Below are positions 45,084-55,622 of a DNA stretch of 64,000 nucleotides, in pieces. A program made the position numbers and the translations under genes. Position 1 is the stretch's first letter. Each line of letters starts with the position of its first letter. Below the pieces are notes generated by a model. That model searched no databases. It was not told the origin of the DNA and saw nothing but the letters and a program-made list of their open reading frames with translations. This DNA comes from Nocardioides sp. (GTDB taxonomy: Bacteria; Actinomycetota; Actinomycetes; Propionibacteriales; Nocardioidaceae), in contig NZ_JACIXG010000012.1 of NCBI RefSeq assembly GCF_014360585.1, positions 3,196-67,195 of the forward strand, written 5' to 3'.

Positions 45084-46197
45084 CGTGCTCGAAGATCTGA
45101 TGAAGTGGTGGGAGTCCGGCGAGACCGTGGCGGTCGCCACCGTGGTGGCGACGTTCCAGTCCGCACCCAGGCCGCCGGGAGCCTCGATGCTCGTCGGCCC
45201 CGACGAGACCGCGGTCGGCTCGGTCTCCGGCGGATGCGTCGAGGGCGCCGTCTACGAGGTCGCCCGCGAGGTCGCCGGGTCCGGGGTCCCGGAGCTCAAC
45301 CGCTACGGCGTCTCCGACGACGACGCCTTCTCCGTCGGTCTGACCTGCGGTGGCATCCTCGACGTCTTCGTCGAGAAGGTGTCGAGGGAGACGTTCCCCG
45401 AGCTCGGCGAGCTCGCCGAGGACGTACGCAGCGGCAGCCCGGTCGCGCTCGCGACCGTCATCGAGCATCCCGACCCCGAGATCCTCGGGCGCCGCGTCCT
45501 CATCCGCCCAGAGGGGGTCAAGGGGTCGCTCGGCAGCGCGCGGATGGACGACGCCGTCCACGACGACGCGCTCGGGCTCCTGGCTCAGGGCACCAATCAG
45601 ACCCTGTCCTACGGCATCGACGGCGAGCGCCGCGGCGAGGGCATGCGGGTCTTCGTCTGGTCCTTCGCGCCCAAGCCCCGGATGCTGGTCTTCGGCGCGA
45701 TCGACTTCGCCGCCGCCGTCGCCCGCGTCGGTGCGTTCCTCGGCTATCACGTCACCGTCTGCGACGCCCGCCCGGTCTTCGCGACCAACTCCCGCTTCCC
45801 CGAGGCCGACGAGGTCGTCGTCGACTGGCCCCACCGCTTCCTCAACCAGGAGGTCGAGGCCGGCCGCATCGACCAGCGCACCGTGATCGCCGTCCTCACC
45901 CACGACCCGAAGTTCGACGTACCTCTCCTCGAGGTCGCCCTCCGCCTCCCCGACATCGCCTACGTCGGTGCGATGGGCTCGCGTCGCACCCACGACGACC
46001 GCCTCGCCCGTCTGATCGACGCCGGCCTCACCGACGAGGAGATCGCCCGTCTGAGCAGCCCCATCGGTCTCGACCTCGGCGCCCGTACGCCGGAGGAGAC
46101 CGCCATCTCGATCGCCGCCGAGATCATCGCCGGCCGCTGGGGCGGCAGTGGCGAGCGTCTGGCCATCACCGCCGGACGGATCCACGAAGAGCGTTAG
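45076..46197 (+). CDS. XdhC/CoxI family molybdenum-cofactor insertion chaperone
   Basis: GSVSGGCVEGAV, LVFGAIDFA Rossmann-like, GAMGSRRT. GTG start overlaps the coxE-like stop. Confidence 0.88.
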   Translation: MRDVLEDLMKWWESGETVAVATVVATFQSAPRPPGASMLVGPDETAVGSVSGGCVEGAVYEVAREVAGSGVPELNRYGVSDDDAFSVGLTCGGILDVFVEKVSRETFPELGELAEDVRSGSPVALATVIEHPDPEILGRRVLIRPEGVKGSLGSARMDDAVHDDALGLLAQGTNQTLSYGIDGERRGEGMRVFVWSFAPKPRMLVFGAIDFAAAVARVGAFLGYHVTVCDARPVFATNSRFPEADEVVVDWPHRFLNQEVEAGRIDQRTVIAVLTHDPKFDVPLLEVALRLPDIAYVGAMGSRRTHDDRLARLIDAGLTDEEIARLSSPIGLDLGARTPEETAISIAAEIIAGRWGGSGERLAITAGRIHEER

Positions 46198-46396
46198 ACG
46201 GACACAGCAGACGTTCCTGATCTCCTGCGCCTGGGCGCTGGGCGCGATCGGCCTCCGCCAGATCCAGCTGTCGCAGAGCACCTCGGTGGCGGTCGTGGCA
46301 CTGGTCTGCGCCGGCATCCTGGTCCTCGCCATGCTCTTCCACGGGATCGCTCGGGGACTGTCGTACGACGAACCGCAGCGAGGCGTTCCGGTCTGA
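46148..46396 (+). CDS. possible small two-TM membrane protein (start unclear)
   Basis: GC3-rich frame with two hydrophobic stretches (FLISCAWALGAIGL, VAVVALVCAGILVLAMLF). No canonical start after the xdhC stop; GTG 46148 overlaps xdhC by 50 nt. Confidence 0.3.
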   Translation: MASVWPSPPDGSTKSVRRTQQTFLISCAWALGAIGLRQIQLSQSTSVAVVALVCAGILVLAMLFHGIARGLSYDEPQRGVPV

Positions 46397-46425
46397 CCGT
46401 CAGCACCCCAGGCTGAGAAGGAGCT

Positions 46426-46884
46426 CTACAGCTCCTTCTCGTAGTAGAGCGCCCGCGGCCCGGAGCCGCGGCCCTCGTGGTTGTCGAAGCCGAACTTCTC
46501 GTACAGCGCGCGGGCCGAGGTGTCGTCCTCGCTGGTCCCCAGGTCCATGTACGTCACACCGCGGGCCTTCGCCTCGTCGATGATCGCCTGCAGCAGGATG
46601 GTGCCGAGTCCCTGCCCGCGGCGGTCGGGCACGACGTAGAGCTCGGCGAGGTAGGCCTCGAGCTCATCGGCCGTGGACCGCAGTCGGAAGCGGGTGATGC
46701 CGTGGCCCACCGCCGGGTCGCCGATCAGCATCACGGTCGTGTCCCCGTTCTCGACCAGCCGGCTCAGGTGCCGGGCGAGCTCCTCGGTGGGCGGGGCGGG
46801 GTCGCCGTACTCGGTGTTGAAGTCGACCTGCAGCCTGGCCGCGGTCTCGAAGTCGGCCTTGGTCGTGGCCGTGCGCGTCTCCAT
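46426..46884 (-). CDS. GNAT family N-acetyltransferase
   Basis: LYVVPDRRGQGLGTILL motif A; YEKFGF. Start METRT at 46884. Confidence 0.8.
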   Translation of the reverse strand: METRTATTKADFETAARLQVDFNTEYGDPAPPTEELARHLSRLVENGDTTVMLIGDPAVGHGITRFRLRSTADELEAYLAELYVVPDRRGQGLGTILLQAIIDEAKARGVTYMDLGTSEDDTSARALYEKFGFDNHEGRGSGPRALYYEKEL

Positions 46885-46996
46885 GCACTCACTGTGCCAT
46901 CGCCGAGCTGGTACCACCGAGGGGATCGTGAGGCACGTCACAGGGTGCTACCTTGGCAGGACCCAGTCTCGAGGGCCGAGCTCCGAAGGGGGAGTG

Positions 46997-48223
46997 ATGG
47001 TTCGTAGCGATCTGCAGGAGCGCCGCATCAGCGCGGCGCGGGCGTGGACCGCCTTCGTGGAGAGCGGCGATGCCGCCGAGGACTTCGTCAGGCCGGAGAT
47101 CCTGTCGAGCTGGACGCGCTCGGCGACGGCCATCAGACCCGACGTGCGCGAGGCGCCGCTGGCCGACGAGGACGAGACCCGGGAGATGTGGCGCGACTCC
47201 CCGCTCCAGGTGGCCGTCGAGCGTGTCGAGCAGGAGCTGCGGTGCACCGCCGACGACGGTGATCTCGTCATCGCGATCACCGACCCGGACACCCGGGTCC
47301 TGTGGACGTACGGCGGCCGGGTGATGCGCCACAAGGCCGAGTCGGTGAACTTCGTGCCCGGAGGGCGATGGGACGACCGGTCGGCCGGCACCAACGCGCT
47401 CGACCTCGCCAACCGCACCGAAGCCCCGGCGATGGTCTTCGGCCCCGAGCACTACGCCGAGGCCGTGCACAACTGGGTCTGCTGGGCGGCGCCGCTGCAC
47501 GACCCGGTCACCGGCAAGCACCTCGGCGTCCTCGACCTCTCCACCACCTGGGACCGCACCCACCCGATCGGCCTGGCCACCGCGCGGGTGATGGCGCGCC
47601 TGATCGAGGGAGCGCTGCCGAAGCTGCCGACCCAGCGAGGTGGCGACGAGGCGATCGAGCAGCCCGGCCTGGTGCTCACGCTGCTCGGCACCGCGGAGAC
47701 CTGGCTCGACGGGAAGCGGCTGCTGCTCAACCGCCGCCAGACCGAGATCCTCGCGCTGCTCGCGCTCCACCCCGAGGGCCTCTCGCTCGAGCGGCTGCAC
47801 GCGATGGTCTACGGCGACCAGGCGGTCACCTTCTCGACGCTCAAGGCCGAGGTCTCCCACCTGCGCCACGCGCTGGGTGGCCAGGTCGCCTCCCGCCCCT
47901 ACCGCCTGCTGATGCCGGTCGTGACCGACGTCGAGCAGGTCCTTGCCCTGGTCCGGCACGGCCGGGTGGCCGCTGCCGTCGAGGCGTACGGCGGTGATCT
48001 CCTGCCCGGCACCAACAGCCCGGCGCTGGCCGAGATGGCCGACTACGTCGCGGTCGCGCTGCGCGAGGCGCTGATCGCCGACCCGCAGCCCGACGCGGTG
48101 CTGAGCTACAGCGAGCTGGCTCCGTACGACACCGAGGTCGTCGACGTCTGTCTGCGCCGCGTGGGTGGGAGCGCCCACCCGGCGTTGCCGCTGCTCAGGG
48201 CGCGGTTGGCGGCCAGTCGATAG
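46997..48223 (+). CDS. GAF-domain plus winged-helix (OmpR/SARP-type) transcriptional regulator
   Basis: GAF-like sensor block (GTNALDLA..., WVCWAAPLHDPVTGKHLGVLDLS), then LTLLGTAETWLDGKRLLLNRRQTEILALLALHPEGLS DNA-binding block. SD GAAGGGGGA before ATG 46997. Confidence 0.72.
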   Translation: MVRSDLQERRISAARAWTAFVESGDAAEDFVRPEILSSWTRSATAIRPDVREAPLADEDETREMWRDSPLQVAVERVEQELRCTADDGDLVIAITDPDTRVLWTYGGRVMRHKAESVNFVPGGRWDDRSAGTNALDLANRTEAPAMVFGPEHYAEAVHNWVCWAAPLHDPVTGKHLGVLDLSTTWDRTHPIGLATARVMARLIEGALPKLPTQRGGDEAIEQPGLVLTLLGTAETWLDGKRLLLNRRQTEILALLALHPEGLSLERLHAMVYGDQAVTFSTLKAEVSHLRHALGGQVASRPYRLLMPVVTDVEQVLALVRHGRVAAAVEAYGGDLLPGTNSPALAEMADYVAVALREALIADPQPDAVLSYSELAPYDTEVVDVCLRRVGGSAHPALPLLRARLAASR

Positions 48224-48277
48224 CCAGCCAACCGGAGCCCAACCCTGCGCGTCCTACTGTGATCTGGCCCACACGGT

Positions 48278-48301
48278 TTCGACTGGAACTTCGACTAGAA
48301 C
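48278..48301 (+). promoter_or_regulatory. tandem 12-nt direct repeat upstream of the coxS-like gene (candidate operator)
   Basis: TTCGACTGGAAC TTCGACTAGAAC (11/12 identical), ending 25 nt before ATG 48326. Confidence 0.4.
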
Positions 48302-48325
48302 AGTGACGTCTGGCAGGGAGACAAC

Positions 48326-48801
<476 letters not shown>

Positions 48802-48805
<4 letters not shown>

Positions 48806-51279
48806 CCGCCGTAGACGCTCGTCCGGAGCAGACCAACGAGATCGGTCGCGACCGGCGCCGCAAGGAGGACGCGCGCCTGATCACCGGTCGGACCCGCTGG
48901 ACCGACAACATCAACCTGCCGGGGATGCTGCACCTGGCGATGGTGCGCAGTCCCTTCGCCCACGCCCGGATCACCGGCATCGACACCAGCGCCGCGGAGG
49001 AGTCCGTGGGTGTGGTGACCGTGCTGGCCGCCAAGGACTTCGACGAGAGCCTCGGCGTCTGCATCAACGCCTGGCCGATCACGCCCGACCAGAAGACGCC
49101 GGCCCACCCGCCGATCGCCTCCGACCGGGTCACCTTCGCCGGTGAGATCGTCGCTGTCGTGGCCGCCCGGTCCGCGGCCGCCGCGCGGGACGCCGCCGAG
49201 ATGGTCGAGGTCGACTACGAGGAGCTTCCCGCGGTCGTCTCCCTCGAGGAGGCGGTCAAGGACGAGGTGCTCGCGCACCCCGACCTCGGCACCAACAAGT
49301 CCGCGCTGTGGGTCTTCGACAGCGCCCAGGCCGGCACAGGTGGCAACGTCGAGGAGGCGATCGCCTCCGCGAAGAGCGACGGCATCGTCATCGAGCGCAC
49401 CTACCGCCAGCAGCGCCTGATCCCGGCGTTCATGGAGCCCCGCAGCGTGGTGTGCGACCCGACCGGGGAGCAGATCACGGTGTGGAGCGCGACCCAGATC
49501 CCGCACATCCTGCGGTTCGCGTTCGCCGCGACGACCGGGGTGCCCGAGTCGAAGATCCGGGTGATCGCGCCCGACGTCGGCGGCGGCTTCGGCGGCAAGC
49601 TCCAGCAGACGCCGGAGGAGATGATCGTCTTCGCGATCGCCCGTCGGCTCGGCAAGCCGGTGAAGTACACCGAGACCCGCTCGGAGTCTCTCCTCGCCGC
49701 TCACCATGGCCGCGACCAGATCCAGAAGCTGACCCTCTCGGCCACCAAGGACGGTCAGGTCACCGGCCTCAAGGTCGAGCTCGACGCCAACCTGGGGGCC
49801 TACGTCGCCATCGTCGGCGGCGGTGTCCCGGTGCTCGGCGCCTTCATGTTCAACGCGATCTACAAGTTCCCGGCCTATCAGTTCAACTGCCAGACGGTGT
49901 TCACCAACACCACGTGGACCGACGCCTACCGCGGCGCGGGACGGCCGGAGGCGACGTACGCCATCGAGCGGCTGATGGACGAGCTGGCCGCCGAGGTCGG
50001 GGTCGACCCGCTCGAGATCCGGGAGAAGAACTGGATCAAGCACGAGGAGTTCCCGTTCACCACCATCGCGGGCCTGACCTACGACTCCGGGAACTACGAG
50101 GCGGCGACCGCCAAGGCGAAGGAGATGTTCGGCTACGACGAGCTCCGTCGTGAGCAGGCCGAGCGCCGTGCCAACAACGACCCGGTCCAGCTCGGCATCG
50201 GCATCTCGACCTTCACCGAGATGTGTGGTCTGGCGCCGTCCAGGGTCCTCGGCAGCCTCGACTACGGCGCCGGCGGCTGGGAGCACGCCCAGGTGCGCCT
50301 GACGCCTACCGGCAAGGTCGAGGTCATCACCGGCGCCAGTGCTCACGGTCAGGGGCACGAGACCGCGTTCAGCCAGATCGTGGCAGACCGCCTCGGCGTG
50401 GCTTTCGAGGACGTCGAGGTGCTCCACGGGGACACCCAGATCGCGGCCAAGGGCTATGACACCTACGGGTCCAGGTCGCTGGTCGTGGGTGGCGAGGCGC
50501 TGGTGCGGGCGGCCGACAAGGTGCTCGAGAAGGCCAAGCCGATCGCGGCCCACCTGCTCGAGGCCAGCGTCGACGACATGGAGTTCACCGGCGGCAGGTG
50601 GACGGTGCGCGGCACCGACCAGGGCATGTCCATCGGCGAGCTGTCCACGGCGGTCTTCGCCGCGCACAACCTGCCCGACGGGGTCGAGGCCAACCTCGAC
50701 TCCGAGGCCACCTTCGACCCGGAGAACTTCAACTTCCCGCACGGCACCCACCTGTGCGCGATGGAGGTCGATACCGAGACCGGGCAGGTGAAGATGCGGA
50801 AGTACGTCTGCTGCGACGACATCGGCAACATCATCAACCCGCTCATCGTCGCAGGTCAGGTGCACGGTGGACTGGTCCAGGGCATCGCCCAGGCGCTGTG
50901 GGAGGAGGCGGTCTACGACGACGCCGGCACGCTGGTGTCGGGCTCGTTCGTGGACTACCTGCTGCCGACCGCGGCCGACACGATCAGCTTCGAGATCGAC
51001 CACACCACCTCACCTGCGACGACCAACACGCTCGGCACCAAGGGCGTCGGCGAGGCCGGCACGATCGCCTCCACCCCGGCGGTGGTCAACGCGGTCGTCG
51101 ACGCGCTGCGTCCGCTGGGCGTGCACGACGTGACCATGCCCTGCACGCCGGAGCGGGTGTGGCGGGCGATCAACGAGGGCTCGGCCGGTGGCGAGACCAC
51201 CGGTGCCGCCGCCGCACACTTCGATTCGTCGACGGGCATGTCCGGGAACGTCGACCGCACAGAAGGAGACGTCCAGTGA
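48802..51279 (+). CDS. molybdopterin-binding large subunit, xanthine dehydrogenase/CO dehydrogenase family (form II CoxL-like)
   Basis: Active-site loop [13 protein letters not shown] (AYRGAGR, not AYxCSFR); S-L-M gene order. Confidence 0.92.
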
Positions 51280-52130
51280 TTCCCGCATCGTTCGACTACG
51301 TCGCCCCGACCACCGTCGAGGAGGCGCTGGCCGCGCTCGCGCAGTACGGCGACGAGGCCAAGGTGATCGCCGGTGGGCAGAGCCTGCTGCCCGTGCTGAG
51401 GATGCGCCTCAACGCCCCGGAGTGGGTCATCGACCTCGGTCGCATCGACTCGCTTCGCGGCGTACGAGACGAGGGTGACTCGATCCTCGTCGGCGCCATG
51501 ACCCGCCACTGCGACGTCGCGACCGATCCTCTGGTCGCCGAGCATGCGGCCCTGGTCGCGCGTGCCACCGCGACGGTCGCCGACGAGCAGGTACGCCACC
51601 GCGGCACGTTCGGCGGCGCGCTCGCCCACGCCGACCCGGCGGGCGACCTCGGAGCTCCGGCGCTCGCCCTGGGCGCCGAGTTCGTCATCGCCGGGCCGGC
51701 AGGGGAGCGGGTGGTCCCGGGCACGGAGTTCTTCCAGGGCCTCTTCGAGACCGCCGTCTCCGAGGACGAGCTGCTCACCGGCGTACGCATCCCGAAGCAC
51801 ACCGGATGGACGGCCCACTACGAGAAGTTCGTCCGGGTGGCCCACCAGTGGCCGATCTGCGCGGTCGGCGCGACCCTCAAGGTCTCCGGCGGCGTGATCG
51901 AGGGGGCGGCGGTCGGGCTCACCAACATGGGGTCGACCCCGTTGCGTGCCACCGGCGTCGAGCAGGCGCTGGTCGGCCAGCAGGCGACCGAGGAGGTCGT
52001 ACGCAGCGCCGCGGCCCTGGCCGCGGAGGGTGCTGACCCGCCCTCCGACCTCAACGGCGACGCCGACTACCGGCGTCATCTGGTCACGGTGCTCACCCGT
52101 CGGGCCATCATCCAGGCGCTCGGGGGCTGA
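51276..52130 (+). CDS. FAD-binding medium subunit (CoxM-like, xanthine dehydrogenase family subunit M)
   Basis: KVIAGGQSLLPVLRMRL, RHRGTFGGALAHADPAGD. GTGA overlap with the large-subunit stop; SD GAAGGAG. Confidence 0.9.
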   Translation: MIPASFDYVAPTTVEEALAALAQYGDEAKVIAGGQSLLPVLRMRLNAPEWVIDLGRIDSLRGVRDEGDSILVGAMTRHCDVATDPLVAEHAALVARATATVADEQVRHRGTFGGALAHADPAGDLGAPALALGAEFVIAGPAGERVVPGTEFFQGLFETAVSEDELLTGVRIPKHTGWTAHYEKFVRVAHQWPICAVGATLKVSGGVIEGAAVGLTNMGSTPLRATGVEQALVGQQATEEVVRSAAALAAEGADPPSDLNGDADYRRHLVTVLTRRAIIQALGG

Positions 52131-52133
52131 GGC

Positions 52134-52856
52134 GTGGATCTGACGCACCAGTTCACGGTTCCGATCTCGGTCGAGGAGACCTGGGACAGCTTCTTGGACA
52201 TCGGCTCGATGGCCGAGTGCTTCCCGGGAGCCCAGGTCACCTCGGTCGAGGGGGACACCTTCACCGGCACGGTGAAGGTGAAGCTCGGCCCGATCGCCAT
52301 GGTCTACGCCGGCTCCGGCACCTTCGTCGAGAAGGACGAGGTCGCCCGGCGTCTGGTCGTCGAGGCGAAGGGGCGGGACAAGCGCGGCAACGGCACCGCC
52401 GGCGCCAACGCGACCCTGACGATGGCGGCGGAGGGCACCGGCACCAAGGTCGAGATCGTCACCGACCTGGCCGTCACCGGCAAGCCGGCCCAGTTCGGGC
52501 GCGGGGTCATGCAGGACGTCTCCGACAAGCTCCTCGGCCAGTTCGTCGCGTGCTTGGAGCAGAAGTCCGCCCCGGAGGTCGAGCCGCTGGTCGGGGCCAC
52601 TCCGTTCAGACCCGCGAGCGAAGCGAGCGGTGTCGAGACCAACACAGTCCCATCGAGCGCGGGAGGGGGCCGTGTTGGTCTCGACACGGATTCGTTCGTA
52701 CCTCACGAATCCGGCTCGACCAGCAGGGCGCCCGAGGCGCTCGACCTGGGAGCGACGGTCATGCCGGTGCTGGTCAAGAACTACGGCAAGAAGATCGCCG
52801 TCGGAGCCGTCGTGGTGGCCGCGGCGGTCATCGCCTACAAGCTGCTGCGCGGCTGA
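52134..52856 (+). CDS. SRPBCC/CoxG-like protein with extended linker and C-terminal TM anchor
   Basis: FTVPISVEETWDSFLDIGSMAECFPGA...GKPAQFGRGVMQDVSDKLLGQF; C-terminal KKIAVGAVVVAAAVIAYKLL. Confidence 0.85.
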   Translation: MDLTHQFTVPISVEETWDSFLDIGSMAECFPGAQVTSVEGDTFTGTVKVKLGPIAMVYAGSGTFVEKDEVARRLVVEAKGRDKRGNGTAGANATLTMAAEGTGTKVEIVTDLAVTGKPAQFGRGVMQDVSDKLLGQFVACLEQKSAPEVEPLVGATPFRPASEASGVETNTVPSSAGGGRVGLDTDSFVPHESGSTSRAPEALDLGATVMPVLVKNYGKKIAVGAVVVAAAVIAYKLLRG

Positions 52857-52979
52857 GACCGGCCGGGTGACGAACCCGTCGCGCAAACCGGATATCGGCC
52901 GCGCGACGCGGATAGCGGGCGCCCGGCGACCTCTCTAGCGTTTCCACTACGCAGCCCCACTGCGAGAGGAAACCCAAAA

Positions 52980-54476
52980 GTGAAGATCGCGGTCATCGGC
53001 GCCGGGTTCGCAGGCATCGCCTCGGCGAAGGTGCTCACTGAGCTCGGTCATGACGTCACCGTCTACGAGAAGGCGCCGGACATCGGCGGCGTCTGGAGCC
53101 GGACCCGTCGTTACCCAGGCCTGACGACGCAGAACAACAAGGACTCCTACACGCTCTCGGATCTGAGGATGCCGAAGGTGTTCCCCGAGTGGCTCAGTGG
53201 CGAGCAGGTCCAGTGCTACCTCGAGATGTATGTCGAGAAGTTCGAGCTCGCCTCGATGATCAGGCTCGACACCGAGGTGCGTAAGGCCCAGCCGGCTGGA
53301 GGGGGCGGCTGGGCCATTACCTCCGCACCCAGCTCCGCGGTGGGGACCGACGGCGAGACGACCGAGCACTACGACCACCTGATCGTGGCCAGCGGCGTCT
53401 TCTCGGAGCCGTTCGCCCCTGCGTACGACGGGGTCGACGAGCTCGAGGCCACCGGCGGCAGGATCCTCGCGGCGAGCGAGCTGCACGACCTGGAGACCGT
53501 CAGGGGCAAGGACGTCGTGATCGTCGGCTATGGGAAGTCAGCCTGTGACGTCGCCGTCGAGATCGCCAAGGAGGCGGCCTCGACCACCGTGGTCGCGCGC
53601 CAGCTGCTGTGGAAGATGCCCCGCAAGATCAAGGGCGTCCTCAACTACAAGATGCTGTTGCTGACCCGTCTGGGCGAGGGGCTGTTCCCCTACCAGAGCG
53701 TGCGCGGGCCGGAGAAGGTCCTGCACGCGGGCGGCTCGAAGATGGCGGGCTCGATGATCGGCAGCGTCGAGTCGGTCACCAGCGGCCAGCTCAAGCTGAA
53801 GAAGCTCGGGCTGCTCCCGAAGGGCCAGTTCACCGACATCGCCCGATCGACGGTCTCGCTGGCCACCGAGGGCTTCTTCGAGGGCGTCGAGGCCGGTGAC
53901 ATCACCGTCGAGCGCGACACCGAGATCGCCACGTTCGTGAGCAAGGACGGCAAGGCGTACGCCGAGCTGGCCAACGGCCGGGCACTGCCCGCCGACGTCG
54001 TGGTGACCGCGACCGGCTTCAAGCAGGAGCTGCCGTTCTTCCCTGCGGAGATCCAGGACCAGCTCACCGACGACAACGGCGACTACCAGCTCTACCGGCA
54101 GATCCTCCCGCTGACGGTGAAGGACCTGACCTTCGCGGGCTACAACTCATCGTTCTTCTCGCCGCTGTCGGCCGAGATGAGCGCCGTCTGGATCGGCTCC
54201 TACCTGGGCGGTGGCCACGAGGTCCCGCCGGCGGAGGAGATGGAGGCGCACGTGGCCTCGCGGGTCGCGTGGTTGCGGGAGCGCACCGACGGCCACCACG
54301 CTCGCGGCACCAACATCATCCCGTTCTCGATGCACAACATCGACGAGGTCCTCGACGACGTCGGTCTCGATGTCAGCAAGCGGACCAAGGCGGCGCAGTG
54401 GCTGCTGCCGATCGACCCGAAGGCGTACGCCTCCGTCACTCCCAGGCTCGTGGAGAAGCTGGCAGCGAGGAGCTAG
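52980..54476 (+). CDS. flavin-containing monooxygenase-like NAD(P)/FAD-dependent oxidoreductase
   Basis: IAVIGAGFAG and VVIVGYGKSACD dinucleotide motifs; GTG start. Confidence 0.8.
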   Translation: MKIAVIGAGFAGIASAKVLTELGHDVTVYEKAPDIGGVWSRTRRYPGLTTQNNKDSYTLSDLRMPKVFPEWLSGEQVQCYLEMYVEKFELASMIRLDTEVRKAQPAGGGGWAITSAPSSAVGTDGETTEHYDHLIVASGVFSEPFAPAYDGVDELEATGGRILAASELHDLETVRGKDVVIVGYGKSACDVAVEIAKEAASTTVVARQLLWKMPRKIKGVLNYKMLLLTRLGEGLFPYQSVRGPEKVLHAGGSKMAGSMIGSVESVTSGQLKLKKLGLLPKGQFTDIARSTVSLATEGFFEGVEAGDITVERDTEIATFVSKDGKAYAELANGRALPADVVVTATGFKQELPFFPAEIQDQLTDDNGDYQLYRQILPLTVKDLTFAGYNSSFFSPLSAEMSAVWIGSYLGGGHEVPPAEEMEAHVASRVAWLRERTDGHHARGTNIIPFSMHNIDEVLDDVGLDVSKRTKAAQWLLPIDPKAYASVTPRLVEKLAARS

Positions 54477-54481
54477 TACGG

Positions 54482-54519
54482 CGAGATGCCGGTGTTCATG
54501 GGTGGGGACCGGCATCTCG
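54482..54519 (+). terminator. hairpin after the monooxygenase gene
   Basis: CGAGATGCCGG (54482-54492) / CCGGCATCTCG (54509-54519), followed by TTAG. Confidence 0.45.
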
Positions 54520-54640
54520 TTAGCCCCTGGGCCAGGACCGGGGCCGGGACCTTAGACGGTGATTGCGCTGTGTCCGCGTGGACGCGGCGTCGGCTCCGCT
54601 ACGCTCTTCGGTCAATCGAGCCACGCGCCAGGAGCCCCCA

Positions 54641-55609
54641 TTGCCCCGTCCCCTGCTGGGCCGCCACACCGTCGTCGCCACCACCGACGTGGACCAGGCC
54701 AGAGAAGCCGTAGCCGAACGATTCTGCGCCCACTACCTGGCGCTGACCAAGGCCGGGTCCCACCTCGACATGGTGCACAACGCCGCGCCGCTGGGCGAGG
54801 ACGTGATGCTGAACTACATGCGCTACGGCGACGAGGTACGCATCACCCCCGGCACCTTCGAGGACTTCTACCTGATCCAGCTCCCGCTGGCCGGCACCGC
54901 CAAGGTCAAGGTCGGTGAGCAGGTCGTCCTCGCCGACCGCACCCGCGCCTCGATCGGCTCCCCGACCGAGCCCGTCGACATGCTCTGGTCCGACGGCTGC
55001 GAGAAGCTGCAGGTCTACATCCGGCGCAGCGCCGTCGAGGAGGCGGCCGCGGGCATCGGCGGGTCCGGGCCGGTGGTCTTCGACCCCACGCTCGACCTGG
55101 GCCGTCCCGAGGTGCGCGACTGGATGAAGATGGTGCGGCTCGCCTACGACAACGTCGAGGCCGGTGGCACGCTGATGAGCTCACCGCTGGTCGCCGCCCC
55201 CTACGAGCAGGCGCTCATCGGCGGGCTGCTCACCGTGCAGCCCAACACGTCTCTGGAGGTCGCTTCCGCGACCGCCTCACCCAGCGTCTCCCGGGCCGTA
55301 CGCATGGCCGTGGACCTTCTCGAGGCCCACCCGGAGCGCCCCTGGAAGGTGGCCGACCTCGCGCAGCGGGTCGGCGTCTCCACCCGCACGCTGCAGGAGG
55401 CGTTCCAGCGCGACCTCGGCACCACCCCGCTGGAGTACTGGCGGCGTACGCGGCTGGATCGGGCCCACTCCGACCTGCTCGCTGCGGACGCGCGAGCGAC
55501 CTCGGTCACCGAGGTCGCCGCCCAGTGGGGTTTCTTCCACCTCGGCCGGTTCTCCCAGGCGTACCGGGCGCAGTTCCAGGAGCTTCCGTCGCAGACGCTC
55601 ATGCGTTAG
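54641..55609 (+). CDS. AraC family transcriptional regulator
   Basis: C-terminal double HTH (WKVADLAQRVGVSTRTLQEAF...VTEVAAQWGFFHLGRFSQAYRAQF). TTG 54641 chosen (AGGAG SD). Confidence 0.8.
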   Translation: MPRPLLGRHTVVATTDVDQAREAVAERFCAHYLALTKAGSHLDMVHNAAPLGEDVMLNYMRYGDEVRITPGTFEDFYLIQLPLAGTAKVKVGEQVVLADRTRASIGSPTEPVDMLWSDGCEKLQVYIRRSAVEEAAAGIGGSGPVVFDPTLDLGRPEVRDWMKMVRLAYDNVEAGGTLMSSPLVAAPYEQALIGGLLTVQPNTSLEVASATASPSVSRAVRMAVDLLEAHPERPWKVADLAQRVGVSTRTLQEAFQRDLGTTPLEYWRRTRLDRAHSDLLAADARATSVTEVAAQWGFFHLGRFSQAYRAQFQELPSQTLMR

Positions 55610-55622
55610 CGGCGGTCCAGCC

